From contig CAVUDP010000004.1 in assembly GCA_963740315.1 (NCBI GenBank), positions 320,001-384,000 on the forward strand: DNA of 64,000 nt, given 5' to 3'. The position numbers and the translations under genes are program-made. Positions 41,566-51,950 of the stretch are shown piece after piece (the stretch's first letter is position 1; every line of letters starts with the position of its first letter). Source of the DNA: an uncultured cyanobacterium (lineage in GTDB: Bacteria; Cyanobacteriota; Cyanobacteriia; Cyanobacteriales; Nostocaceae). The notes under the pieces were generated by a model that saw only the letters and a list, made by a program, of their open reading frames with translations, was not told where the DNA came from and did no database searches.

Positions 41566-41969
41566 GATATTTTCCTCGTGTAATTGTGTTGTGTGTTGTG
41601 TTGTATCTTATGTGTTGTTACCCAGAAAATGTACATTCTTTAAAGTTTATATGGGTGTTTATTAAGAACCCAGTACCGTTTTTTTAAAGTTTGTATTTTC
41701 TCTTGTGGGATATACTGAGCTACAGAATTCAATTTGTTTATTCCGGATTTCTCCGAATTTTTCTTTGGGAAATAAATCTTCTTTAATTAGCTACTAGTTA
41801 ACAGAGACTCAGATCCACTGCGAACAACTAATATATAGAATTAAAACTCTATACATAAATAGTTTACCCAAAGAACTTAGGGGTGTCAAGTCTTTGGGTA
41901 AAAAAGTTGGGCGTTGAAATTTTTTGATGTTAGGATGTACGGCTATAGACGACAACAGCGCTAGCGATC

Positions 41970-42305
41970 GTGAAACAGAAACCAAAACCAAGGATAGCTT
42001 TACTTCGTGAAAAGGCGGGTTTAACCCAGCTTGAGTTGTCTCGTCTGGTAGGCGTGACAGAAAGCACCATCCAAAACTGGGAGAGCGGCAGAACGGGTAC
42101 AGACCATATTGAAAGAATAGTAAAATTCTGTAAAGCTCTTAATTGCAAAGTAGAAGATTTGATTGAACTCAACCAAAGTGAACGAACAGAAGAAGCACCA
42201 TCAAAACCTGCTTCCTTGCAAGAAATACATAATTTATTAGGTACCGACGAAGAGGAAGCACAGGAAGTCAAGGAAGCCGAGGAAGCAATTACCAATGAAC
42301 AATAA
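41970..42305 (+). CDS. Xre/Cro-family HTH regulator
   Basis: LREKAGLTQLELSRLVGVTESTIQNWESG...CKALNCKVEDL; acidic tail. Confidence 0.9.
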   Translation: MKQKPKPRIALLREKAGLTQLELSRLVGVTESTIQNWESGRTGTDHIERIVKFCKALNCKVEDLIELNQSERTEEAPSKPASLQEIHNLLGTDEEEAQEVKEAEEAITNEQ

Positions 42306-42331
42306 ACAATTAATTGGTAACTGGTTACTGC

Positions 42332-43012
42332 TCACTGCTCACTGCTCACTGATTCCCATAAAGTATCTATCGTCACAAATGAGTAACCCTGCTCCAACAG
42401 CTTTGGGATGATAATTTGTGCTACTTCAGCTACGTTCTGTCCGCCACAAGCGCCGTCGTGCAATACGATCAAAGAGCCATTTTCTAAGTCATCCATAACT
42501 CGATTGACAACTTTGGGTACTCCCGGATTTACCCAATCTTCCGGTACAACGCTCCACATTACGGGACGGTAATTCCACCGATCGAATAGTTGTAAAGTTT
42601 GAGGAGTAAATAAACCATTTGGCGGTCGGATATCGCGTACTTTTTCCGGTGGTAAATTACAAGCCTTGTAAATAGCAGCTTGGGTTTTTTCCAAACTTTG
42701 CTTGAGTTCGGTTGGGGAAAGTAGGGGAAAATTGTGATGCGAATAGCCATGTAATCCAATCCAGTGTCCGCGAGAATGAACTTGTTGAGCTATATGTGGC
42801 GCACGTTCAACACAAACACCCAACCAAAAAAAACTTGCTCTTATTTGATAATAATCTAAAACTTTGAGTAATTGCGGCGTGTATTGCGGATGCGGACCAT
42901 CATCGAAAGTGAGAGCGATAGTTCTGGAATTAGGATTACCCCTCCAAAGACATTTAGGAAAACTCGATTTGAGAATTGGATACAAAAGCGGGAATAAGGG
43001 ATAAAGCTGCAT
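42332..43012 (-). CDS. Polysaccharide deacetylase (NodB/CE4)
   Basis: ALTFDDGP, HGYSH, RPPNG, VPEDW, IVLHD. Confidence 0.92.
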   Translation of the reverse strand: MQLYPLFPLLYPILKSSFPKCLWRGNPNSRTIALTFDDGPHPQYTPQLLKVLDYYQIRASFFWLGVCVERAPHIAQQVHSRGHWIGLHGYSHHNFPLLSPTELKQSLEKTQAAIYKACNLPPEKVRDIRPPNGLFTPQTLQLFDRWNYRPVMWSVVPEDWVNPGVPKVVNRVMDDLENGSLIVLHDGACGGQNVAEVAQIIIPKLLEQGYSFVTIDTLWESVSSEQ

Positions 43013-43265
43013 TTGGAAATTTTGGATTTTAGATTACTCGTTACAAGGCTCTGCCTTGTAATGCCATTTTAGAGGCTCTGCCTCCTGATTTGACTGGAGG
43101 CAGAGCCTCCGGAATTACATTCCCAGCCGGATGGGAACGAGTAACATTCTTTTATCTTCACAGTTCTCATATGATTCGTAACAAATTTTGTAACCATCTA
43201 AGCAATTTTCTAATTTCTCGTTTAGATTGGAATAAATTTAGGAGTAATCCCGGACTAAACGGGTA

Positions 43266-44102
43266 ATGTTGTTTAAAGATATACGAGACTATCAAATACT
43301 TTATCTTTCTCTATTCCTTATTTTAGGTATAGGTACGAGAGATTGGACGCTGCGACCCTCGATGATTGTTGTTACAATTGCGACCAGTTTGGTTATGCAA
43401 TCGCTTTTAACATTTATCGTAAATCATTGGTCAAAAGCAGATGACCAAGAAAATAAAGAATATTTTGAACATAAAATCAATATTCGCAGTCCTTTAATTA
43501 CATCCTTGGGGATCAGTTTACTTTTACGAGCCGATTATCCCACAACGATGTTTGTTGCTGCTGCTTGTGCGATCGCTAGTAAGTTTATTTTCAAGTTTGA
43601 GGATAAACATTTTTTCAATCCCGCCAATTTCGGAATTATTTCAGCATTAGTACTAACTCCCGACGCTTGGGTTTCTCCAGGACAATGGGGTGAAGACTGG
43701 TGGTATGCATTTCTATTTGTGGGTACTGGCGGCATGATTTTGCATCGTATCGGACGTTGGGACACTACAGCAGCTTTTTTGGGGTTTTACGCTCTGTTGG
43801 AGGCTGTACGTAATTTCTGGCTGAATTGGACTTGGGATGTTTACCTGCATCGCTTGATGAGTGGTTCATTATTACTGTTTGCATTATTCATGGTAACTGA
43901 CCCCCGTTCCATCCCCAATTCCCGTACTGGGAGATTGATTTGGGCTGCCTGTATTGCCTTATTAACCTTTATTCTGCGAAACAATTTTTATCTTCCCACA
44001 GCAGTATTTTGGGCATTATTTGCTCTAGCTCCACTGACGGTAATATTTGACCAACTTTGGAAAGCATCGCGCTTTAAATGGACAGTGAGCAGTGAGCAGT
44101 GA
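43266..44102 (+). CDS. RnfD/NqrB-like membrane protein
   Basis: Multi-TM; ASKF...KHFFNPANFG; LFMVTDPRS. Confidence 0.82.
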   Translation: MLFKDIRDYQILYLSLFLILGIGTRDWTLRPSMIVVTIATSLVMQSLLTFIVNHWSKADDQENKEYFEHKINIRSPLITSLGISLLLRADYPTTMFVAAACAIASKFIFKFEDKHFFNPANFGIISALVLTPDAWVSPGQWGEDWWYAFLFVGTGGMILHRIGRWDTTAAFLGFYALLEAVRNFWLNWTWDVYLHRLMSGSLLLFALFMVTDPRSIPNSRTGRLIWAACIALLTFILRNNFYLPTAVFWALFALAPLTVIFDQLWKASRFKWTVSSEQ

Positions 44103-44345
44103 GCAGTTACCAGTTACCAGTTACCAGTGAGTGACCAGTTACCAGTGACTAGTTACCAGTTACCAGTTACCAGTTACCAGTGAGGAGTTAGGAGTTAAGA
44201 GTTAGGAGATGTCTAGTGAGGAGTTAAGAGTTAGGAGTTAAGAGTTATTAATTATTCCCTTGTCTCCTTGTCTCCTTGTCTCCTTGTCTCCCTACCTCCC
44301 CATCTCCCCATCTCCCCATCTCCCCATCTCCCTATCTCCCCATCT
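44083..44345. repeat. Compound STRR arrays (CAGTGAG, CAGTTAC, GAGTTAG/A, CCTTGTCT, CCCCATCT)
   Basis: Directly visible tandem 7- and 8-mers. Confidence 0.88.
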
Positions 44346-44376
44346 CCCCCTCTCTCATTATTATTCAGAGGTTCTC

Positions 44377-45744
44377 ATGAAACTATTTCGCGTACTAATT
44401 TCGGTATTGTTAGCTTTTGTAATTCTGATCGGCTTTACTCCTTCGGCTTTGGCTTTTTGCGGTTTTTATGTTGCGAAAGCGGATTCAAAGCTGTATAACA
44501 AGGCTTCTCAGGTGGTAATTGCTCGTAAAGATAATCGCACTGTGTTAACGATGGCGAATGATTATCAGGGTGATGTTAAAGATTTTGCGATGGTTGTACC
44601 CGTGCCTACTGTACTTAAAGAAGAACAAGTAATGGTAGCCAAACCTAAAATAATCGAACATTTAGATGCTTTTAGCGCTCCGCGATTGGTTGAATATTTT
44701 GATGAAGATCCTTGTGCGCCTGTTATGTATGACAGAGGATTAGAAAGTAGAGCAGTTCCTTCAGCACCAACAGCAAATCAAGCAATAAAAAGAAGCGATC
44801 GCAGTTTGGGTGTGACGGTGGAAGCGCAATTTAATGTCGGTGAATACGATATTGTGATTCTCAGCGCCAAGGAATCGAAGGGTTTAGAAAGATGGCTGCG
44901 CGGTAACGGTTATAAAATTCCTAGAGGTGCAAAACGGTTACTAAATCCTTATATTCGTCAACAGATGAAGTTCTTTGTTGCTAAAGTCAATTTAGAAAAG
45001 TTTGACGAAAACGGTTATCAAAAACTTCGCCCTCTACAAATTTCCTATGAATCCCCGAAATTTATGTTGCCGATTCGTTTGGGAATGGTTAATTCAACGT
45101 CGGAGCAAGATTTAATTGCTTACATTCTTTCACCAAAAGGACAAGCGGAACTTACTAACTACCGCACGGCAAAAATTCCTTCTAATATGAATATTCCCGT
45201 GTATGTTAAAGAAGAGTTTGGCGACTTTTATAAATCAATGTTCCAAACTTCCTATACAAAAGAAGACAAAAAGATTGCATTTTTAGAATACGCTTGGGAC
45301 ATGGGTAATTGCGATCCTTGTTCTGCCGATCCGCTTAATCGAGAAGAACTTAAAGATGCTGGCGTATTTTGGTTAGATAATAATTCTTCAAGTGAAATTG
45401 CGCCTCCCGGTTTCCGTCGTCCACCTTCTAGCAACGTGTTTGTAACTCGTTTGCACGTTCGCTATACCCGCGACAAGTTTCCCGAAGATTTGATGTTTCA
45501 GGAAACTTCCAACCGCAATAATTTTCAAGGGCGTTATGTTTTACAACATCCTTTTACTGGTGAAGCTAACTGTCGCGCAGGTAGACAATATAAAATGTCT
45601 TTGAGAAACCGTTTTGAACAAGAAGCGCAAACTCTCGCCAAATTAACTAACTGGAATATTCAAGATATTCGCCAAAAAATGAAGCTTGAAGGCCAAGCAA
45701 GTATTTCATTTTGGCAAGGTTTTCTTTCTTGGTTCGGAATTTAG
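44377..45744 (+). CDS. DUF2330-like exported protein
   Basis: Signal ending ALA then FCGFYV; DFAMVVPVP; CDPCSADP; TRLHVRY. Confidence 0.8.
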   Translation: MKLFRVLISVLLAFVILIGFTPSALAFCGFYVAKADSKLYNKASQVVIARKDNRTVLTMANDYQGDVKDFAMVVPVPTVLKEEQVMVAKPKIIEHLDAFSAPRLVEYFDEDPCAPVMYDRGLESRAVPSAPTANQAIKRSDRSLGVTVEAQFNVGEYDIVILSAKESKGLERWLRGNGYKIPRGAKRLLNPYIRQQMKFFVAKVNLEKFDENGYQKLRPLQISYESPKFMLPIRLGMVNSTSEQDLIAYILSPKGQAELTNYRTAKIPSNMNIPVYVKEEFGDFYKSMFQTSYTKEDKKIAFLEYAWDMGNCDPCSADPLNREELKDAGVFWLDNNSSSEIAPPGFRRPPSSNVFVTRLHVRYTRDKFPEDLMFQETSNRNNFQGRYVLQHPFTGEANCRAGRQYKMSLRNRFEQEAQTLAKLTNWNIQDIRQKMKLEGQASISFWQGFLSWFGI

Positions 45745-45910
45745 AATCAGTTAGCAGTGAACAGTTATCAGTTAGCAGTTATCAGTGAGCAGTTAAGAAT
45801 TGATTGTTCACTGGTAATTGAAATAGGCGATACTCCTTCGGAGTTACTTCGTGAACGCAAAGAAAAATTGCTGTCAAAGTACGCAGGTTGATTAAACTTT
45901 ATTCAAAATT

Positions 45911-46936
45911 ATGTTATCGGGTGCAGCTTTAAGGAAAAGGGGTAGTAGCTGGGAATTTGCAAGCGAGTTAGCGTTGGAAGATTTTGTATGGGAGAATTTA
46001 CCGCAGTTGTTTAAGTTAGCTCCTCTTAAACGACAACACCCAGCCAAAAGCGAATATTGCGATATCTTAGCAGTGGATAATAATAACAAACAATTAACAA
46101 TTATCGAACTTAAAAATGCTGAAGATAGATATCTCGTTCAACAGCTAACTCGGTACTATGACAACTTAATAGATGAGAAACCGTTTGCACAACAGATAGA
46201 TTACAATCAAGCAATTAATCTTGTAGGCATTGCACCATGTTTTCACCGACACAACCATATTGACCGCAAATACAATTTACTCAAAATAGATTTTTTAGAA
46301 CTAGCTGTTTTACAAAAGAATAAACAATTTTACTTACACTTAAAAGATATTGATACCGCTCAAACCTGGTCAATTAATATTCCTTACCAAGAAGTAGACT
46401 TTAGTAGCTTATCTCAAAATATTCTAGAACCACCGCAATTATTATTAGATTGGCTTGGTAGTTGTAGTGGTGATGAACAACTGGCAATTATGAAAATGCG
46501 AGAGAAAATTTTGAACTTTGATGAGCGGATCAAGGAAACAGTTGAAGGTAGAAATATCATTCGATACGGTAAAGGTAAAACTAAATCTATAGCAGAACTT
46601 TGTTATCACAAAACAACTAATCAGCTATCCATATTCTTGTGGCTTCCTTTACCTTCAAATTGGAATTCGGAAAGGATGGGTAGAGTTAGGCTTTGGCTAG
46701 AAGGTAATATAGTAACTTTTGCTGGTCATATCTCACAAGGTTTTGGAAAAATGAAGCTTGAATCTGAGTGGAAAGCTATGCCAAAAGAGAAGCGTCCTGG
46801 TAATTATTATCACAATAAGTATTCACCAATTCATGCTGGAGTCTATAACAAAATTATGCAACAAAATTTTAAAAATGCTGTTGTTTTGGAATCATTAGTT
46901 GATTTGGCGCTTAACAAGTGGCTAAATAAAATTTAA
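45911..46936 (+). CDS. NucS/RecB-like PD-(D/E)XK endonuclease domain protein
   Basis: E..LE..V.ENL...CDILAVD...IIELK...QQLTRYY. Confidence 0.75.
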   Translation: MLSGAALRKRGSSWEFASELALEDFVWENLPQLFKLAPLKRQHPAKSEYCDILAVDNNNKQLTIIELKNAEDRYLVQQLTRYYDNLIDEKPFAQQIDYNQAINLVGIAPCFHRHNHIDRKYNLLKIDFLELAVLQKNKQFYLHLKDIDTAQTWSINIPYQEVDFSSLSQNILEPPQLLLDWLGSCSGDEQLAIMKMREKILNFDERIKETVEGRNIIRYGKGKTKSIAELCYHKTTNQLSIFLWLPLPSNWNSERMGRVRLWLEGNIVTFAGHISQGFGKMKLESEWKAMPKEKRPGNYYHNKYSPIHAGVYNKIMQQNFKNAVVLESLVDLALNKWLNKI

Positions 46937-47439
46937 TAACTATCCGCTTCAAGTCACAAACAACCTTATTATCATTATCCAACAAATACTTATAAATATG
47001 AATAACGAATTCCAACGAGTAAAGGACGAGGAAATAACCCCATTTAAACTGGCTTTAGCAAAAGGCGATCGAGTGATGATAAAGTTACTAAAACGTTATT
47101 GTGCAATCTAAATTTTTAAATATTTTGATTAATTCAACTCACTTTCTGCTATATTAGGTAGTTAGGAGTTTTTTAGAGAATATTCTTTTCATTTCCCATC
47201 GGTTATTGCAAAAAAAAAAGTTGCAGGGGCATTTAAAGCCCCAAGAAAACCCTTTTCTAAGTGTTTAACTGAAGCGTCTATAATAATCCGACATTTAGTT
47301 GAATGCCGAAATAAACAAACGTTTTTCAAATATATAGAAGCAAATAACTATCCACATTAAATAGATTTCTTATGAATTGTTATTTAAGTCTATTTATAGT
47401 TAAAACAGTAATTCAATTTTCGTAGCTACAATTTATGAT

Positions 47440-48711
47440 TTAGCGGCGAAATTCGTATATCGCTAACAAACCATGACTTGCTCCTAAGCCTTGCTGAAAA
47501 TTCCATTCTAGGTTTCGCAGTAGGTAGGCGAGTTGAGGTTCAATCAAGTTAGCTCGCGGATCGTCAAAGTGCAGGTTGGGGGCTTGATTAATCAAACGGC
47601 GCAGAATGCGAATGCTATCTAAAACAATCGGTGGATGTTCGATTGGCGGTTCTAAGAGCAATTTCTCAGGTTTTCGCCACATATCTAAGCCTTCCATGCA
47701 GCCGTATACTAAAGCATTCCAAGCAGATTGGAGGTTTTGGAAAAAGCGATTGATGTGAGGGTGATTGGGATGAGGCTGATAGTCGAAAATTAATTGACTT
47801 AAATCGGTGCGTACATCGATCGCGTGTAAAGAGTTGATCGCGCTTCTCAATGGAGAGGCTTGGGGATTAAATTCAGCAGTATCTGTATGACGACCTACTA
47901 AAATAGAGCGATCGCACAATGAAAAGTCTCCTACTTGAACATTCATTTTTTCCGCGATCGTTCTTAAAAAGCGGTCGAGTTCTTCTCCACCCCAGTAACG
48001 AATGGGAAATCTCTCTACATCTTCGGTATTACGTTTGTCTGGTGGATAAAGATAAGACATCGAGTAAGTCTGCATATCGCTTTTGCCTCGAACTTCTCCC
48101 CAATAGCAGGGCCATTCATAGGAATAGCGACCGAGCAAATCTGCCACAAAAATAGCTCTATCGCCCATATTCTGGCAAATATCTCCAACCAATTTACTCA
48201 GAGAATCGTCAGATAGGTGAGATAAAGAGCCATATGATGAAAAATAGACATCACAAGCAGCTTCACCAGATTCGATAGGAAGCCCTTCATCAAGGTCTGC
48301 CACCATAAATTGTGTTTGGTCGTGGTGAGCGTGAATACTCTCAGCTTTGCCTATCATTGCAGGGCTGATATCGACCCCTTTGTAAAACTCAATATCCGAT
48401 CCATTCACGAGCGAACTGGATTGAGCATCTAGAGTCGGACTTGTACGAGGTAAAGTGGTCAGGATATTCCAGCCTTCTCCCGCACCGCATCCAAGATCCA
48501 TGATGCGAATTCCACGATTTTCGGTCCGCTTTCTTTCGAGCAAACGCCGCATAGTAGGGCTTAGCACATAACGGGTATAACGGTCTTCCCAATACTGCCG
48601 CACGCTATCGCATTTACTACCTAGACCGACTAGTTTGCTGTCATAGGCTCCAACTTCAACTGCTTTCGCGTAGTTGTTTAATACGTTGTTTAATACAGTC
48701 TGTTGATTCAT
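47440..48711 (-). CDS. Class I SAM-dependent methyltransferase
   Basis: IMDLGCGAGEG motif I, GVDISPAMI, ADLD, YGSLSHL. Confidence 0.85.
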   Translation of the reverse strand: MNQQTVLNNVLNNYAKAVEVGAYDSKLVGLGSKCDSVRQYWEDRYTRYVLSPTMRRLLERKRTENRGIRIMDLGCGAGEGWNILTTLPRTSPTLDAQSSSLVNGSDIEFYKGVDISPAMIGKAESIHAHHDQTQFMVADLDEGLPIESGEAACDVYFSSYGSLSHLSDDSLSKLVGDICQNMGDRAIFVADLLGRYSYEWPCYWGEVRGKSDMQTYSMSYLYPPDKRNTEDVERFPIRYWGGEELDRFLRTIAEKMNVQVGDFSLCDRSILVGRHTDTAEFNPQASPLRSAINSLHAIDVRTDLSQLIFDYQPHPNHPHINRFFQNLQSAWNALVYGCMEGLDMWRKPEKLLLEPPIEHPPIVLDSIRILRRLINQAPNLHFDDPRANLIEPQLAYLLRNLEWNFQQGLGASHGLLAIYEFRR

Positions 48712-48972
48712 ATGCTTATAGAAAGGAAATTTCTATCAAGAGAGAATTCATACTCATTCTCTCACATGGTACACCCTATACAAAATCCCCGAAGATGTTC
48801 GTCGGGGGAATTTCACGGTTTCAAAGTTTAAATACTTACTTACTCAAGGCTTTTTTGATACTTGTCTGCCCGTATTCTTTTTAATCATTTTTTTTTGCGT
48901 CCAGCGGCTGAATGCTTCGCCGGACAAGGGTTTGCGTGAATGTAAATAGATATTAAATCAGGCTATAGACTC

Positions 48973-50475
48973 TTATACAGGACGTTCTGACCAACGAGCG
49001 ACATTACTTGATACAACATCAGAGTTTTCAAATACATCCATAAAAATATTGTGATAAAAACATTCTTCTGGCGATCGCAATTTTACGTGGGGGTATTTTT
49101 GTTGATAAGCGATTGCTTGAGCGATCGTCATTTTACGAGCAAGCATTTCGTCGAGCATATCAACAGTTCCGCTGCCTTCGTCAAACTGTTCTTTCTTTCT
49201 CCAGACGATTTCTGAGGGTAACATATCCTCGAAAGCTTTGCGTAAAATCCATTTTTCTACTAAAGGTTCTCCGACTAATTTTAAATTAGCAGGAATTTGT
49301 TGACCTAACTCAATCATGTTTAAATCCAAAAATGGTACCCTTCCTTCAATCGCGTGTGCCATTGTCATGCGATCGACTCGCTGTAAATTAATATTGTGCA
49401 AGCCCGAAACCGAGCGACGTAATTCTTTATGCAGAACATCTTCGTCGGGAATATCTTTGTAATAGGTGTAGCCTGCAAATAATTCGTCCGCACCTTCTCC
49501 CGTCAAAATTACTTTCACATATTCGGCAGCCATCCGAGAGGTAAAATAGCAAGGAATGGCGCTGCGAACTAAATCTTGGTCAAAAGATTCTAAATAATAA
49601 ATAATTTCGGGAAGTTTGGCGGTGACTTCTTCGGGGGTAATAATGTATTCGTGATGAATCGTTCCCAAATGGGCGCTAACCTTCCTAGCTGCTGACAAAT
49701 CCCGACTATCACCAATACCCACGCTAAAAGTATGTAGCTCTTTCTGATGCTGCTTGGCAACTGCTGCAATAATACTGCTATCAAGTCCACCAGAAAGAAA
49801 AGCACCCAAAGGCACATCGCTCATCAAGCGTTTAATTACAGATTCTTCTACCGTTTTACGTACCCTTTTAATTAAAGCTTCGACATCAACATTGCTATCC
49901 GGGTATAAATCGGGAACGCTATAAAAAGTAGAAAAGCCTTTTTCCGAATGATAATAACTACCGGGGGGAAATTCTTTGACATTTTTACAATGTTGAGAAA
50001 TCGCTTTGAGTTCCGAAGCAAAAACCCAAGCTCCTTCGATTTCCCCATAGTACAAAGGCTTGATACCAATAGGATCGCGAGCTACCAATAAATTGTCACC
50101 ATCTGCGATCGCAAATGCGTACATTCCATCAAGCTCTTGAATAGCCGAAACCCCCTTTTCTTCGTAAAGTCTGAGAATTGCTTCGCTATCGCTACTAGTG
50201 ACAAAATCGCTTTGCTCTTGCAAATTAGAACGTAATTGAGGAAAATTATAAATCTCACCATTCGCGATAATTGCACGAGTTGGCACTTCTCCATAAATTG
50301 GTTGATCGCCACCTTTAGGGTCCATAATACTCAAACGGCGATGTCCCAAGTTTCCAGATTGATTTGCACTCGCATACATTCCTTCAGCATCAGGTCCCCG
50401 GTGAGCAATCTTATCCATCATGCTTTTTACTAAAATGGGATTGCTTTGACCCCAAATACCAGTAATACCGCACAT
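48973..50475 (-). CDS. asnB: Asparagine synthetase (glutamine-hydrolysing) family amidotransferase
   Basis: N-terminal MCGI, HRRLSIMD, NGEIYN, LSGGLDSS, TGEGADELFAGY, RVPFLD. Confidence 0.88.
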   Translation of the reverse strand: MCGITGIWGQSNPILVKSMMDKIAHRGPDAEGMYASANQSGNLGHRRLSIMDPKGGDQPIYGEVPTRAIIANGEIYNFPQLRSNLQEQSDFVTSSDSEAILRLYEEKGVSAIQELDGMYAFAIADGDNLLVARDPIGIKPLYYGEIEGAWVFASELKAISQHCKNVKEFPPGSYYHSEKGFSTFYSVPDLYPDSNVDVEALIKRVRKTVEESVIKRLMSDVPLGAFLSGGLDSSIIAAVAKQHQKELHTFSVGIGDSRDLSAARKVSAHLGTIHHEYIITPEEVTAKLPEIIYYLESFDQDLVRSAIPCYFTSRMAAEYVKVILTGEGADELFAGYTYYKDIPDEDVLHKELRRSVSGLHNINLQRVDRMTMAHAIEGRVPFLDLNMIELGQQIPANLKLVGEPLVEKWILRKAFEDMLPSEIVWRKKEQFDEGSGTVDMLDEMLARKMTIAQAIAYQQKYPHVKLRSPEECFYHNIFMDVFENSDVVSSNVARWSERPV

Positions 50476-50978
50476 ATTTTTTTTAACTAATTATTTACTA
50501 ATAATAAGGTAACTATTTTACACCGTTGCCGTGTCGTCTTTTTAAAAAATAAAAAACCGAAATCTAACAAGTCATCAAACCAGAATATTTACAACTTTTA
50601 TTATTTTGCGATTTTCTTCTTACTGGTTATTATGCCATTCGCATTAAAAGCTATCACTCAAATTTAATCCTAAAATATATTCATATATATATCACTTGTA
50701 TAAAAACAATATTTGACAAGGCGATAACTACGGAAAACAATATAGAATTTAATTATCAATAGTTTTAAGCTAGTAGGTATTTGCAAGGATCGTTCGTATA
50801 GGAACAACAAAAATTATTATTGCTATATTCGTTTATTTAATACCATACTTAGGATATTTTTTTCGATAAAAAATGCTAATAATTAGAAATTTTTAGAATA
50901 TATATTAAGTATTTTAATTAATTCTTGAAACTGTTAATTGATTGAATTTTACATCTTGCACCATTCTCGTTAAGCTTC

Positions 50979-51167
50979 CTAGTAGCACACGGCTTAAATA
51001 GCGCACCCCTAATTTTAATGGTCAGAAGTCGGGTTTTTAGAATACGTATCTGTAATACACTTACATTTTATAAAAACCCGACTTATATACCGGAGCCTCA
51101 AGTGTCAAATTGTGGTCTATAAGTCGTTTAATTATATGGATACCTGACTTACGCCTGTCTGTACTAG
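50979..51167. mobile_element. Degenerate MITE-like element
   Basis: Imperfect inverted ends CTAGTAgcacacGGCtTAAaT and ACTTACGCCtgtctgTACTAG; internal palindrome AAGTCGGGTTTTTA...TAAAAACCCGACTT. Confidence 0.4.
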
Positions 51168-51317
51168 TAATTTATTTCAAGGCAAGTCTAAGGGCTAAGT
51201 GTGGATAAGGAATTATATATATAATTAAAAACAATATATCTACTCAAATCTATTAAGGCGATGTTAGGCTTGAGTATTCAAATTTACCTCATATAATTTT
51301 TGCCCCTTCAGTTCGCC

Positions 51318-51755
51318 ATGTCAAAATTATTATCTGCAACCTTAATAACAACAGCCCTATTGTTGGCATTTAACGAAAACCCGAATAAAAACTCGAAATT
51401 TGCGATCGCCGGAACCTGTGCTTCCCAATGCGGTGCAAAGCCACTCCAATTTACACCCGGTAGTTACATCCGGGTAGAAGTAGTAAACAAGACACCAAAT
51501 CTAATTTATATAGAGAAACCACAAGGTACTAATCCAATTGCCTTACGACCGGGACAGCAAGTACGATTAGAACAAGGAGATGGAACCGAACCGAATATAT
51601 CAGTAATTTTCTGGAACGAAAACGGATTATCGTTAAAAGCCAACCTTTCCAAACCAAACTTTGCAACCTTGCAAGTCGAATTACGTCCCGAATGGCGGAT
51701 TGGTGGGGATAGCGGAGTTTATATAAAGGATGATGGGCGGGTACAGTTGCTTTAA
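51318..51755 (+). CDS. Exported hypothetical protein
   Basis: Signal peptide, CASQC, beta-rich body. Confidence 0.75.
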   Translation: MSKLLSATLITTALLLAFNENPNKNSKFAIAGTCASQCGAKPLQFTPGSYIRVEVVNKTPNLIYIEKPQGTNPIALRPGQQVRLEQGDGTEPNISVIFWNENGLSLKANLSKPNFATLQVELRPEWRIGGDSGVYIKDDGRVQLL

Positions 51756-51950
51756 GAAAACTTAATAGTTATGAGTTGGTAGTGGGAGCCGGAAAGCTCC
51801 CTAGTATTTCGCTACATAACTTTTACGAAGTCATGATAGTTCATTCAAATTTTTAAACCCAGCGTTTTTTATTTAATTCTGTCTGGCTACTTAGCTACGC
51901 ACAATAATATTAATATTTTGTACGTCATATTTTCAATCAGCAACGCCCAA

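Larger units (their letters stand above)
40156..41600. repeat. Tandem triplication of a ~500-bp gene unit
   Basis: Coding sequence and upstream leader repeat three times; spacers differ in the number of TTAACTG-type heptamers. Confidence 0.92.

Noticed and set aside
44260..44376. 39-aa N-terminal extension of the DUF2330-like ORF
   Set aside because: Repeat-derived; ATG 44377 has an SD and begins a signal peptide
48712..48972. Riboswitch between asnB and the methyltransferase
   Set aside because: Hairpins are present, but I could not match a SAM or other riboswitch consensus; needs an Rfam scan
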